A stretch of 64,000 nucleotides of DNA, from positions 3,360,001 through 3,424,000 of the forward strand of contig OZ245365.1 in NCBI GenBank assembly GCA_965226495.1, given 5' to 3'. The translations under genes and the position numbers were made by a program. Positions 1-10,532 of the stretch are shown piece after piece; the stretch's first letter is position 1, and each line of letters begins with the position of its first letter. The notes beneath the pieces were generated by a model. That model was not told the DNA's origin. It did no database searches and saw nothing but the letters and a program-made list of their open reading frames with translations. This DNA comes from Candidatus Marinacidobacterales bacterium (GTDB lineage: Bacteria > Acidobacteriota > Vicinamibacteria > Marinacidobacterales > DATDRI01).

Positions 1-1
1 G

Positions 2-703
2 GCGGTCGACGCCTACCGGAAGGCTATCGAGCTCTACCCGGACCACAACGCCGCGCGGCACAACTTGGCCGGCATTTACTCAAACCTCGAGCGCTTTGAC
101 GAAGCCATCGAGCAACTCGAGGAGCTCCGGCGCCGGGGAGAAACGTTTCCACTAACTTTCTCCAACCTCGCTTACAACTACTCCTCCCTCGGCGAGCTCG
201 AAAAGGGCCACGGAGCCCTACAGGAACTTCTCAGGCAAACTCCGAATAGCGCGGTCGAGTACTGGGAACTCGGGAACCACCTTACGCGGTCGGGGAGGCT
301 CGACGAGGCGCTCGAGGCGTTGGATAGGGCGGAATCGCTGAGCCCGAGCTCCCTTCGACCCACCGAATACCGCCAGAACGTCTACTTGCTTCGCGAGCAG
401 TGGGATGAGGCGCAACAGGCTAGCGAAAAGATGGCGGCGTCGAGCGATCCCTTCTGGCAATGGATGGGAACGGTGACCGAGGCGACCAACAGCCTGTACC
501 GAGGGAATTCCCGTCAGGCACTCGCTCAGAACGACCAGGCAACGCGTATCTACTCGGAGCCCGCGCCCTTCAGCGCGAGCGCCCGTAACTTCGCCGCCCA
601 GATTCTCATCGACAAGGAGATACGACTCGTGCCCTCTACGAGACGCAAATGGCCGCGCGCGAAGGGCAAGGCCGCGGCTCCGAATGGGTGGCGGTGTTCT
701 TGA
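2..703 (+). CDS. TPR-repeat protein, 5'-partial (probably the C-terminal region of a Ser/Thr kinase-TPR protein); frameshifted near 615
   Basis: Open from the window edge (AVDAYRKAIELYPDHNAARHNLA...) with successive TPR-like helices; the sense is lost after ...QILIDK. Confidence 0.75.
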   Translation, partial: AVDAYRKAIELYPDHNAARHNLAGIYSNLERFDEAIEQLEELRRRGETFPLTFSNLAYNYSSLGELEKGHGALQELLRQTPNSAVEYWELGNHLTRSGRLDEALEALDRAESLSPSSLRPTEYRQNVYLLREQWDEAQQASEKMAASSDPFWQWMGTVTEATNSLYRGNSRQALAQNDQATRIYSEPAPFSASARNFAAQILIDKEIRLVPSTRRKWPRAKGKAAAPNGWRCS

Positions 704-1200
704 CCGCGGTCGCCCAGGCGAGAGGCGGCCAATTGGGAAAGGCGGACGCGACGCGGCAGAAGCTCGCGGAGATGGCGGAAGGGTTACCGTTCGACATCGA
801 AGAGGAAAGACGCCTCCATCAGGTCGACGCCGAGATCGCTCTCGCCCGCGGGGACACGAAGTTAGCCGTGGTGGAGCTGGAACGAGCTGCGTCGAACCTT
901 CCCGCGCGCGGATTTGGCGGCAGCCAACACGTCCCTATTTGGGACTCCTTGGCATCCGCCCAGCTCACGGCGGGCAACGAGAACAAAGCGGCCGATTGGT
1001 ATCAGAAGATTGTGGACAGCAGCACGGAGCGCATGACCTGGCCCATCTACTACGTCCGAAGCTTCTACTTCCTCGGAAAGATTCATGAAAACCGTGGCGA
1101 AATGGACAAAGCCCGCGAGTACTACCAGCGCTTCCTGGACTTCTGGGAAGACGGAGACATGGATCGCGAGCATGTCAAGGAAGCGCTGAGCAAGATCTGA
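649..1200 (+). CDS. TPR-repeat protein, C-terminal part (continuation of 2..703 in another frame)
   Basis: Ends with YFLGKIHENRGEMDKAREYYQRFLDFWEDGD, a typical kinase-TPR C-terminus; this frame is open upstream as GDTTRALYETQMAAREG. Confidence 0.75.
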   Translation: MAAREGQGRGSEWVAVFLTAVAQARGGQLGKADATRQKLAEMAEGLPFDIEEERRLHQVDAEIALARGDTKLAVVELERAASNLPARGFGGSQHVPIWDSLASAQLTAGNENKAADWYQKIVDSSTERMTWPIYYVRSFYFLGKIHENRGEMDKAREYYQRFLDFWEDGDMDREHVKEALSKI

Positions 1201-1201
1201 C

Positions 1202-2254
1202 GTGAGAACTTTCGCCGCTGTCGGCGTGGTCGCATCGATTTACGCCTCTGCAAGCCAGCCTCTCCCAACGGTCGTCATCCTCTCGACGGGCGGTACCATC
1301 GCGAGTCGCTACGATCCCGACAAAGGGGGCCTGGTTCCGGCGTTGAGTGGGAGCGAACTCGTCGAGGCGGTGCCCGAGCTCGCCGCGGTCGCGCACGTCC
1401 AGGTCGAACAGATTTCCAATATCGGTAGCGCCGATATGACCCCCGAAATCTGGTTGAAGCTGGCGCGTAGGGCGAACGAAGTCCTATCCGGCGACGATGT
1501 CACCGGGGTCGTCGTGACGCACGGCACCGACACACTGGAAGAAACCGCCTACTTCCTCGACCTCACCGTGACGAGCTCCAAACCCGCCATCATGGTCGGA
1601 AGCCAGCGTGCAGCGTCTTATCCGGATACCGACGGCCCACGCAATCTACTGAACGCCGTTCGGGTGGCCGTCTCGCCGGAAGCGGTCGACATGGGAACCC
1701 TGGTGGTCATGAACGGGCAAATCAACGCAGCCCGAGAGGTGACGAAGACCAACACCATCGCCCGAGAGACTTTTCGGACGCTGGAGTTTGGTGCCCTCGG
1801 AGTCGCCAACTTAGGAGGGGTGCGTTTCTATAGAGCACCTTTGCGGCGTCAAACGATTCCCCTGGACGCCGACGCGCGCTTGGGTCGCGTGGAGATCGTC
1901 CCCCACTACGCAGGTGCCGATGGCCGACTCGTCCGCGCCTTATTGAACGATGACGAGCCACCTCCGTTGGCCGGACTCGTCATCGCAGCGACGGGGCTGG
2001 GCCACGTCAGCGCCTCGATGCATGACGCGATACAGGAAGCGCGCGAACGCGACATCCCCGTCGTTATTAGCACGCGGGTTTACACGGGGCGATTGATGCC
2101 CCTCTATGCGGGAAAGGGCAAGGGTGTTGATCTTCGCGAGCTCGGCTGCGTCCTCGCGGATAACCTCAGTCCTCAGAAAGCTCGGATTTTGTTGATGGTC
2201 GCTCTGACCAAGACCACCGACCGCGACGAGCTTCAGCGCGTTTTTGATTCGTGA
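1202..2254 (+). CDS. ansB: L-asparaginase (type II-like, signal peptide)
   Basis: TGGTIA and HGTDTLEETA catalytic motifs, plus LSPQKARILL. Confidence 0.9.
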   Translation: MRTFAAVGVVASIYASASQPLPTVVILSTGGTIASRYDPDKGGLVPALSGSELVEAVPELAAVAHVQVEQISNIGSADMTPEIWLKLARRANEVLSGDDVTGVVVTHGTDTLEETAYFLDLTVTSSKPAIMVGSQRAASYPDTDGPRNLLNAVRVAVSPEAVDMGTLVVMNGQINAAREVTKTNTIARETFRTLEFGALGVANLGGVRFYRAPLRRQTIPLDADARLGRVEIVPHYAGADGRLVRALLNDDEPPPLAGLVIAATGLGHVSASMHDAIQEARERDIPVVISTRVYTGRLMPLYAGKGKGVDLRELGCVLADNLSPQKARILLMVALTKTTDRDELQRVFDS

Positions 2255-2367
2255 ATGTAGTCAGACGCCTGACAACGAGAAGAATCCAATTCGAACGCGA
2301 CCTTCGGCAGGCAACCATTGACTTTTCAGGGTGCGAGACCGTATTTTGCACGTCGAGGAGAACCCTA

Positions 2368-2943
2368 ATGAGGTCTTCCCTTTTCGGAACCATCGACGAG
2401 ACGTTCGATGCGGCTATCTTCATCGGGTATCACTCGAGCGCATCGAACCCCAAAGGGGTCGCCGCGCACACGTACACTGGCGTTTGGACCGACGTAAAGT
2501 TAAACGGGGTCTCCGTTCCGGAGGCGGCTCTCAACGCCGCCATCGCGGGTCACTTCGGCGTACCGGTGGCGATGATTTCTGGAGACGACGCCATCATCGA
2601 TGAAGCTCGCTCGCTTCTCAGGGACGTCGAAGGCGCGATCGTGAAGTGGAATTACGGTGAGAGTGCGGCTCGCACGCTGATGCCCGAAGCCGCCTTCAAG
2701 CTCATCCGAGAGAAGGTCGAGAGAGCGCTCGGCCGGATGGGAGACTTCGAACCGTACGTGCTCGAAAAACCCGTGCGCGTCGACATGAGTTTTTCGACCG
2801 CGCTCCCTGCAGAGACACTCGCCTTCCTTCCCTCTATCGAGCGAACCGGCTCCCACAGCATCCGTTTCATCACCGAAGATATGTTCGCCGTCTCCAAATT
2901 TTTAGAGTTCGTGTCGCTTTACCGCCCCGAGTCGGCGTCCTAA
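2368..2943 (+). pseudogene. dppA: M55 D-aminopeptidase (DppA family) with in-frame N-terminal deletion
   Basis: IDETFDAAIFIGYH...AHT...SGDD motifs are present. RBS GAGGAG and ATG 2368 (MRSSLFGT) join directly to the mid-protein; the N-terminal DxEG Zn-ligand segment is missing. Confidence 0.75.
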
Positions 2944-3054
2944 ATACCAAGAAATAGAAGGACTTCCACGTTCCCGTCATGTTCTTGGAACAATGCTTCG
3001 CGACTCGACGTATCAGATCTCAAGCTATGAGAATGCCGAGGAAGGAAAGACAAA

Positions 3055-5517
3055 ATGATTGACGGGCTCCTCCAAGATTCTCGTTACGCGTTTCGCACCT
3101 TGGCGAGCAGCCCGGGTTTCGTGGCGGTGGCCGTTTTGTCCCTCGCCCTCGGCATCGGTGCCAATACCGCCATCTTCAGCATCGTCAACGGAGTCCTGTT
3201 TAAGCCGATGCCGGTCCACAGTCCGGACGAGCTGGTCGCCGTCTATGCCACGACTCCTCGTTTGAACGTTCCGAGCCAGTTCTCCTACCTGGATTACTTG
3301 GACTATCGTGAGCAGAACGATGTCTTCACCGATATCTTCGCGCACTTTGGGGTTCCTCTGAATCTTGCGGACGGTGACCAACCAGAGATGGTTTGGGGAG
3401 AGATAGTGACCGGGAATTATTTCACCGGGCTGGGGGCGGACCCCGTCGTGGGTCGCACTCTTATCCCCGAAGACGATACGACACCGGGTGCCCACCCTGT
3501 CGCCGTCCTTCGACACGGCTACTGGGAGCGCCGCTTCGGCGCCGATCCATCTGTCGTTGGCCGAACCGTCAAGCTGAACGGACGCGAGTTCACGGTGGTG
3601 GGTGTTGCGCCCAAAGGATTCACCGGCACGAAGTTTCTCGGCTACACCCCCGATCTCTGGGTCCCCTTGATGATGCACGCGCAAGTATGGCCGGGAAGCG
3701 AAGGCCAGCTCGACATGCGAGACGCCAACTGGCTCCAGTTTCGGGCTCGGCTGAAGCCGGGCGTGACGCTTGGGCAGGCGGAGACGGCAATGAACACGAT
3801 CGCCAAACGCCTGGAAGCTACCTATCCGGAGACCAACCGCGAGTTCCAAATGCATGTCATCCCCGGCAGTACGAAGACCGAGCCGTTTATAGAACACAAG
3901 GGGGTCATGCCCATCGCGTCTGCGGTTCTCATGGGGGTGGTCGGGCTGGTCCTGCTGGTTGCTTGCGCGAACCTGGCGAACCTTCTGCTCGCACGCGCGC
4001 TCTCGCGAAGCAAAGAAATCGCCGTCCGCCTGGCCATGGGCGCGGGCCGGCTGCGTCTCGTTCGGCAGCTCCTTATCGAAAGTCTACTGCTCTCGCTGCT
4101 CGGCGGATCGGTGGGACTCCTTTTGGGACTTTGGTTTCTGGATGTCATGGCGTTTCAGCCTATCCTGGATTTCCCGATCGACTACGATCTGAGTCTCGAC
4201 GGACGCGTCCTCACGTTCAGCATCCTCTTGTCCCTAGCGACGGGAGTCTTTTTCGGCTTGACGCCGGCACTTCATGCATCGAGACCGAACCTCATCCCCA
4301 TTCTTCGCGGCGACAGCGGCTCACCGAGACCAACCGGCGGTCGGTTCTCCGGCCGAAACCTTCTCGTCGTATTGCAGGTCGCGGTGTCGCTGGTGTTGCT
4401 GATCGCAGCGGGCCTCTTCCTGCGAAGTTTCGAGAACGCGAGAGCTCTCGATCCAGGCTTCGACACCGACGAATTCCTACTCCTCTCGGTAAACCTTGGC
4501 CTCCAGGGTTACGAAGAGGCCGAAGGTAGAAGCTTCTACCGGCAAGCCGTCAAGCGCCTCGAATCGGTGCCCGGATTGCGATCCGCGAGTCTCGCGCGCC
4601 CGCTCCCCCTAGACGCGTCTAGCAATGCCACCGATGTGGTCATCGATGAGCTCCAACGTAAGGCCGGCGAAGACGAGTTTCCTGTCTTTTATACTGTCGC
4701 TGGCGCCGCCTATTTCGCAACGATGGGCACCGAGCTTCTCCAGGGACGCGACTTCAATGAGCACGATACCGAGTCGTCGCCCGGCGTGGTGGTCATCAAC
4801 GAGACCATGGCTCGCCGGTTCTGGCCAAGCCAGAATGCCATCGGGAAGCGGTTCCGAGTCGGGGGGGCCGAAGGCAAGCACGTCGAGGTGGTGGGAGTGG
4901 CCAAGGACGGGAAGTACATGACACTAGGCGAGGATCTCCAACCCTTTCTGTTCCTGCCGCTCGAGCAGAACTACTCCTCGCAGATGACGTTCTTGGTGCG
5001 CACCGAAGGCAACCCTCAAGACATTCGGGCGAGCGTCCGGGAGGAAATCCAGGCCCTCGATGCGGATCTGCCGATCTTCGGCATCAAGTCGATGGACGAG
5101 TATATGAGCCGACACTATGCTGGACCGGAGGCGATCGCTTCCCTGGCCGGTGTGTTTGCGTTGGTGGCCTTGCTGCTCGCTTCTTTGGGCATCTACGGCG
5201 TCATAAGCTACGCCGTCGTCCAGAGAACGCAGGAGATTGGAATCCGAATGGCGCTAGGCGCGAGGCAGCGCGACGTGCTCGGCATGGTTGTGAGACAAGG
5301 TCTGATCATCGTTCTCATCGGCATCGTCGTTGGTGCCGCCGCCGCCATGGCCTCGACACGGGCCATGACGAGTCTCCTATACGAAGTGAGCCCGAGCGAT
5401 CCTGGCATCTTCCTCATCGTATGTTCGGTCCTGGCATCGACGGCACTACTCGCTTGTCTCGTGCCCGCTCGCCGCGCCGCGCGCGTCAACCCACTCGTCG
5501 CACTGAAATACGAGTGA
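3055..5517 (+). CDS. ABC transporter permease, duplicated MacB/FtsX (ADOP family)
   Basis: LQDSRYAFRTL...LALGIGANTAIFS start; ACANLANLLLAR; RTQEIGIRMALGA; PARRAARVNP..ALKYE end. Confidence 0.93.
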   Translation: MIDGLLQDSRYAFRTLASSPGFVAVAVLSLALGIGANTAIFSIVNGVLFKPMPVHSPDELVAVYATTPRLNVPSQFSYLDYLDYREQNDVFTDIFAHFGVPLNLADGDQPEMVWGEIVTGNYFTGLGADPVVGRTLIPEDDTTPGAHPVAVLRHGYWERRFGADPSVVGRTVKLNGREFTVVGVAPKGFTGTKFLGYTPDLWVPLMMHAQVWPGSEGQLDMRDANWLQFRARLKPGVTLGQAETAMNTIAKRLEATYPETNREFQMHVIPGSTKTEPFIEHKGVMPIASAVLMGVVGLVLLVACANLANLLLARALSRSKEIAVRLAMGAGRLRLVRQLLIESLLLSLLGGSVGLLLGLWFLDVMAFQPILDFPIDYDLSLDGRVLTFSILLSLATGVFFGLTPALHASRPNLIPILRGDSGSPRPTGGRFSGRNLLVVLQVAVSLVLLIAAGLFLRSFENARALDPGFDTDEFLLLSVNLGLQGYEEAEGRSFYRQAVKRLESVPGLRSASLARPLPLDASSNATDVVIDELQRKAGEDEFPVFYTVAGAAYFATMGTELLQGRDFNEHDTESSPGVVVINETMARRFWPSQNAIGKRFRVGGAEGKHVEVVGVAKDGKYMTLGEDLQPFLFLPLEQNYSSQMTFLVRTEGNPQDIRASVREEIQALDADLPIFGIKSMDEYMSRHYAGPEAIASLAGVFALVALLLASLGIYGVISYAVVQRTQEIGIRMALGARQRDVLGMVVRQGLIIVLIGIVVGAAAAMASTRAMTSLLYEVSPSDPGIFLIVCSVLASTALLACLVPARRAARVNPLVALKYE

Positions 5518-5602
5518 GCCCGCGCTCGCGAACCTACTCCCACCCCGAACTTGCCTCCACAATGGGCTCTCCAGTACCATGTGTTGACCGCAAAAAAACC
5601 TC

Positions 5603-7378
5603 ATGAATAAAAGGGGCTCGATGGACTTCCGCGCCGGAGCGCTCTTGCGTCTAGCCTTCATCGTCACCTTGGCCTCGATGGTCTCGTGCGTGAAGGAGGA
5701 AGTGCTTCCCGAGAAACCCGCCGACCTCATTTTGACTAACGGTAGAGTCTACACGTTTACGTGGGACGATCCCGGGCGGGATGGAGTGCCGGCCAAGAAC
5801 GCGCCCCACACAGACGCAGGATGGCAGCCGGACGCTGAAGCCATTGCGGTTAAAGACGGCCGCATCCTCCATGTAGGAACAAACGCGGAGGTCCAAGCTT
5901 TCCGAATCGACAAGACGCGGGTGATCGATCTCTACGACGCCACGGCCCTACCCGGGCTCGTCGACGCTCACACACACGTCGCCGAGATGGGTGCCGGCTT
6001 GGAGCAAGTCCGCTTGACGGACTTGGCCACGGAAGAAGCGATGGTCGCCAAGGTGGCCGAACACGCCAGCAAGATTACCCCGGGCCAATGGGTCCTCGGC
6101 TATGGCTGGGACGAAGGCGCGCGGGCGGACGACTACCCGACGATGACTTATCTAAGTAGCCGTGTCCCGAACCATCCGGTCTACCTCAAAGGACTCCACG
6201 GGTTCGCGGTATGGGGCAACCGGCTGGCCTTTCAGAGAGCCGGGATCACGAGCGAGACCGTGGCGCCCGAGGGAGGAGAGATCCTCAAGGACATCAACGG
6301 TGACCCGACCGGCGTGCTATTGAATCGGGCCGGTGCGTTGTTGGAAAACGCGATCCCGGACCCGACACAAGAACCGCTCGAAGCGCGGATTCTCTCCGGG
6401 CTCGAGCGCATGGCGTCCTCCGGCTTCGTCATGGTGCATGAGGCTGGAACCGATAGAGCTACGATGGCTGCCTTCGAGAACCTCGCCAGGCGATACCAGC
6501 TTCCGATTCGAGTTTCGGCGATGGTCTCCAGTCGGGACCAGGAGCTCCTGGACGCGTGGCTGAAGCGAGGCCCGGTGACGCTAGGGGGCGAAAAGTTTTT
6601 CGTGCGATCGGTCAAGGGATACTACGATGGGGCGCTCGGCTCCCGTGGCGCTCTTCTCCTCGAGGGATACTCCGACCAACCGAACCACCAAGGAATTGGA
6701 GGCGCGGGTTACGGCTTCGACGAAACGATGATGGCCTCGGTAATGCGGGCCGGCTTCCAACTCGCCATCCACGCCATCGGTGATGCGGGGAACTGTGAAA
6801 CGCTTAACTTCCTCGAGTGGGCGCTCGAGGAGAATCCCAGAGCGAAAGAGCTCAGGCATCGTATCGAGCACGCCCAAGTGATCCAGCCGGACGACTTCCA
6901 CCGGTTCGCGGAGCTCGGAGTCACCGCCTCGATGCAACCACCCCACGCCGTCGAAGATAAAAGCTGGGCCGAGGATCGACTCGGTCCCGAGCGTATCGAA
7001 GGTGCATACGCCTGGAGAACGCTACGGCAATCTGGTGTGTCGCTGGTGCTGAGCTCCGATCTGCCAGGTTCCGATCACAATATTTTCTATGGTCTCCACG
7101 CAGCCATCACGCGACAGGACAAGAAACTCAGGCCACCCGAAGGGTGGTACGTCGAGCAACGGCTCACTCCCGAGGAGGCCCTGCGCGGTTACACGAGCTG
7201 GGCCGCTCACTCCGCTCTTCTCGAGCTGACGACCGGAACACTCGCCCTCGGCAACTGGGCCGATATCACGGTCATGGACATCGACCCTCTCGTCGTCGGC
7301 TCGAAAGAACCGGAGAAACTCCTCGGCGGCGAGATTCTGATCACGATCGTCGGCGGCCAGCCCGCCTTCATGCGCTGA
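5603..7378 (+). CDS. Amidohydrolase family 3 (YtcJ-like) lipoprotein
   Basis: PGLVDAHTH, HAIGDAG, RHRIEHAQ motifs; lipobox MVSC. Confidence 0.9.
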   Translation: MNKRGSMDFRAGALLRLAFIVTLASMVSCVKEEVLPEKPADLILTNGRVYTFTWDDPGRDGVPAKNAPHTDAGWQPDAEAIAVKDGRILHVGTNAEVQAFRIDKTRVIDLYDATALPGLVDAHTHVAEMGAGLEQVRLTDLATEEAMVAKVAEHASKITPGQWVLGYGWDEGARADDYPTMTYLSSRVPNHPVYLKGLHGFAVWGNRLAFQRAGITSETVAPEGGEILKDINGDPTGVLLNRAGALLENAIPDPTQEPLEARILSGLERMASSGFVMVHEAGTDRATMAAFENLARRYQLPIRVSAMVSSRDQELLDAWLKRGPVTLGGEKFFVRSVKGYYDGALGSRGALLLEGYSDQPNHQGIGGAGYGFDETMMASVMRAGFQLAIHAIGDAGNCETLNFLEWALEENPRAKELRHRIEHAQVIQPDDFHRFAELGVTASMQPPHAVEDKSWAEDRLGPERIEGAYAWRTLRQSGVSLVLSSDLPGSDHNIFYGLHAAITRQDKKLRPPEGWYVEQRLTPEEALRGYTSWAAHSALLELTTGTLALGNWADITVMDIDPLVVGSKEPEKLLGGEILITIVGGQPAFMR

Positions 7379-7393
7379 CCGCTCCCGCCAGTC

Positions 7394-8080
7394 TCACTCC
7401 TCTTTCGGTTGAGCTGACCGTGATGACCGCGCGGAAGTTTTCGTCCAATAGAAGTACGCGGGCACGCCGATGAACATGATTCCGATCCAGAAAAGTGAAT
7501 CTCTCGGGTTGGAGATCAACGTCTCGAGCAAGAGCGCCGATGCAAACGTGGCGAACAATATCGGGATGTAGGGATAGCCGATCACACGGTACGGTCGGGG
7601 GCGGTCCGGCTCCTTCGACCTTAAGACGATGACCGAGTAAGACATCGCGGGGGGAGAAACCTCCCCGGCTCTTTGACCTCGCCCCCAACGAACGTGATGC
7701 TGATCCACCCGTCGTACGCCCAAAGCGCGGCGATCATCGCCGCCCCGAAACCGGCGATGGCTCCCACTGGGACATCGCGTTCTGGGAGAAACTGTTTGAA
7801 CGCCGCGACCCCCTCACCCCCGTACAGAAAACAAAGAACGATGATTGGCCTTTTCGAGATAGACGTACTCCCCGCCGGCGCGCGGGTAGAGAACCGCTAG
7901 CTCGGCGAAGGTCACGGCGCCACACCAAGAAAACAGGCCCGCCAAGATCCAGACGAACCCTGCTAGGAAGGGAGTGCCCACCCCGGCAAGAACGTTTGCG
8001 TGGACGATGAAGGCCGCCGAGGCCAGAGTGGTGCCGACGTTGATGAGGAGCGCGTCGAAGAGGTTGAGCTCCCGTCGCAA
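7394..8080 (-). pseudogene. APC-family amino acid permease, fragmented
   Basis: Three out-of-frame pieces: LRRELNLFDALLINVG...[10 protein letters not shown]; [21 protein letters not shown]; [18 protein letters not shown]. About 690 bp against roughly 1.3 kb expected. Confidence 0.85.
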
Positions 8081-8132
8081 GCCAGCGTCAGCGGGCAGAT
8101 GATAGGTTGGGTCTAGACTCGACCGGCTTTAG

Positions 8133-9032
8133 TTACTCAACATCGCGCAACACAGGACGGGTCAAACAGGTGGGACCGCCTCCTCCGTTTTGGCTGATTT
8201 CCGTGCCGTAGAATGTCCTGACGTCGAACCCTTCCTGACGCAACCGAAGATTCGTCTTCTCGTTTTCTTCGAGTGCGAGGAGTTTTCGCTCACCCAGAGC
8301 GAGGACATTACAAGCCATGGTCTCCCGCTCCGACGGATAGATCTCGATCAGCTTGAAATCCAGGTGACGTAAGAGCTGTACGGTCTGGACCGTAAGCCAA
8401 GGAAGATCAACGAGGGCCGTTCGCTCGTCGACGATGCTGATGAGAGACATGAGATGGAGACAAACCGACGGACCGGGACCGTGAGGAAGCGGTGCCACGA
8501 AGACATCCACTCCCTGCGGCTCAAAGAACGCACGTAGCTGATCGACACCCGCATCGTTTGTGCGGTAGCTATGCCCAACGAGTAACGTGTAGGCATCCAG
8601 CCAAACGATGTCTCCCGATTCCGCTGTTCCCGGGGAGCGGATTTCCCCCAGCATCGGAATTCCTTGCGATTCATAGAACTCGCTGTGAAGAACGGGCTCT
8701 CCACGCCGCGCCGGCTTGCCCATGTGCATACCGAGCGCACCGAAGTCGGTGATGAGAGAAGCATCGTGGACGTACACCGCGTCCAGCGATAGGTCCTCTC
8801 CGGGCGGAAGCAGCAGCACCTCCGCACCAGCAGCCTCCAGCTCCCGCCGCAACTCGGCGTGCTGAGCCTCAGCGGTCGTGAAGTCGGGCTCGCGATAGTA
8901 GCTCAACTCCCGCCACCGGCTCGTCTGCTCGGCATCCATCCATCCCGCGGCCTTGGGGGGACAGATCATCACGCGACGAAGAGCACCGACCATCGAATGG
9001 CCCCCGTAGTTTTTTCCCCCGTTTCCGGTCAA
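8133..9032 (-). CDS. Amidinotransferase / arginine deiminase / DDAH (pentein) family protein
   Basis: DAVYVHD, ESGD, CLHLMS and C-terminal GGGPTCLTRP catalytic Cys motif. Confidence 0.88.
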   Translation of the reverse strand: MTGNGGKNYGGHSMVGALRRVMICPPKAAGWMDAEQTSRWRELSYYREPDFTTAEAQHAELRRELEAAGAEVLLLPPGEDLSLDAVYVHDASLITDFGALGMHMGKPARRGEPVLHSEFYESQGIPMLGEIRSPGTAESGDIVWLDAYTLLVGHSYRTNDAGVDQLRAFFEPQGVDVFVAPLPHGPGPSVCLHLMSLISIVDERTALVDLPWLTVQTVQLLRHLDFKLIEIYPSERETMACNVLALGERKLLALEENEKTNLRLRQEGFDVRTFYGTEISQNGGGGPTCLTRPVLRDVE

Positions 9033-9249
9033 GTCATTACCTTGTTACAAATGAGGGTCGCGAAAACGCGGGCCGCTAGCAGGAGTTCGGGCTCGGCTCG
9101 TCTCGTTCAACGGCGACCCGTTCGTTTGCGGCATGGGCCAATTGGACGTCATCCGGACCGTAGAGCACTGCGGGCACTCTTGCATACCGGGTGAAGAGTC
9201 GCAAATCCGATCCGTAGGGAACGCCGTGAGAATGTAGCTTGCGAAGCGA

Positions 9250-10006
9250 TTAGAGTGGAAGCGCTTTGCCAACGCCTTTTTCAATGGCCTTGTTGTAGAT
9301 CAGAATCGCGGTGGCCATATCATCGAGCGCCAGTCCAAGATTCATGCAGATGATCCGTTCATCATCGGACTCACGGCCGGTTTTTTTCCCGGCGACGATC
9401 TCACCGAGATCGGCATAGGGTTCCGGTGTCTAACGGAAGAATCCTTCCTGCCGGTAATATCGCATTGGGGAGATGTCATCGGTCGCCAATTTGTCGGCTT
9501 CTCTCAGAGCGTCGCCTTGCCAATAAGAATCGAAGTCCAGCGGGCAGGCAAAGGCTCCTTCCGCCAACCACCCCGACGCGATTGCAGGCTCGGGGTCTCT
9601 CAGAATCGGACCACTAGTGACAACGATGTCCACGCCTTGAACAGCCTCCCGAGCGGTCGCGACGGACAGCACATCGACACCAATCTTCTCCTGCATCTCC
9701 TTCGCAAATCGTTGAGCGATCTCGGGAACGATGTCGTAGGCCTTCGCCTCTTGGAGCTGGTACAGACCGGAAAGGGCCTCGAGGTTGCTCCTTCCCTGAA
9801 CCCCGCATGCAATGATCCCGACACGAGTGCTGTCCTTGCGAGCCAGATGCTTCGCTGCGATCGCGGTCGCCCCGCCGGTCCGCATGGCGGTGATCCAAGT
9901 ACAATCCATGACCGCGATCGGAATAATTGTCGATAACCGCGGACATAGGGATCTCGAGAGCCTCTATCGCTTCCCTAGACAGATAGAGAAATTCGCCCGA
10001 TCTCAT
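9250..10006 (-). pseudogene. Ornithine cyclodeaminase / mu-crystallin family, internally deleted with a premature stop
   Basis: N-terminal MRSGEFLYLSREAIE jumps out of frame to MDCTWITAMRTG. In-frame TAG at 9430-9432 is followed by PEPYADLGEIVAGKKTGRE...GLALDDMATA to TAA at 9250. Confidence 0.85.
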
Positions 10007-10151
10007 TGTCTAAGCGTATCCGCAAATCTACGCGGGACGCCAACGGGTGCACAAGTGACGGACAATCACCCGGCGGTACCGACGAAGGGTTCGTCGTTAA
10101 TTTCGAGGGGAATAGACTATGAAGGTTTCACGAGAAGCTCTACGGCTCGAC

Positions 10152-10532
10152 CTAGAATCCGCGCTTGCGACGTCGGATCCCTCGGCGACTACCCTTGTTC
10201 TTGAACGGCTTTCCGCCATCGAACGGAGGAGCCCAACCTCCATCCCCACCACCGCCGGCGCCGCGAGGTGCGAAGGAACGCGCAGGCTTCGCCTGGGCCT
10301 CGTTGACGCGCAGGGGCCTGCCTGCCAGCTCCGAGCCATCTAAAGCCTTGATCGCTTTTGCGGCGTCGTCATCGGACTCGAACTCTACGAAGGCGAAACC
10401 GCGCATTCGACCCGTCATCTTGTCGAGAGGCATGAACACATCCTGGACTGTACCGATGGCGCCGAAGGCCTCTTGGATCTGTTCCTTGGTAATATCGAAA
10501 CTCAAGTTACCGGCAAACACTTTGCGAGAAAT
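10152..10532 (-). CDS. RRM (RNP-1) RNA-binding protein with Gly/Arg-rich tail; probable ATT start
   Basis: RNP2 KVFAGNLSF and RNP1 RGFAFVEF; SD AAGGAGG lies 5 nt before an in-frame ATT at 10532. Confidence 0.9.
   Translation of the reverse strand: MSRKVFAGNLSFDITKEQIQEAFGAIGTVQDVFMPLDKMTGRMRGFAFVEFESDDDAAKAIKALDGSELAGRPLRVNEAQAKPARSFAPRGAGGGGDGGWAPPFDGGKPFKNKGSRRGIRRRKRGF

Noticed and set aside
9045-9284. Small ORF containing MQECPQC (possible zinc-ribbon remnant)
   Set aside because: Only one CxxC, no RBS, and it partly overlaps the cyclodeaminase C-terminus; cannot be assigned.
9430-9432. In-frame TAG in ornithine cyclodeaminase as possible pyrrolysine or recoding
   Set aside because: The gene also has a large frameshifting deletion, other genes use TAG as a normal stop, and no pyl genes are seen; a simple nonsense mutation is more likely.
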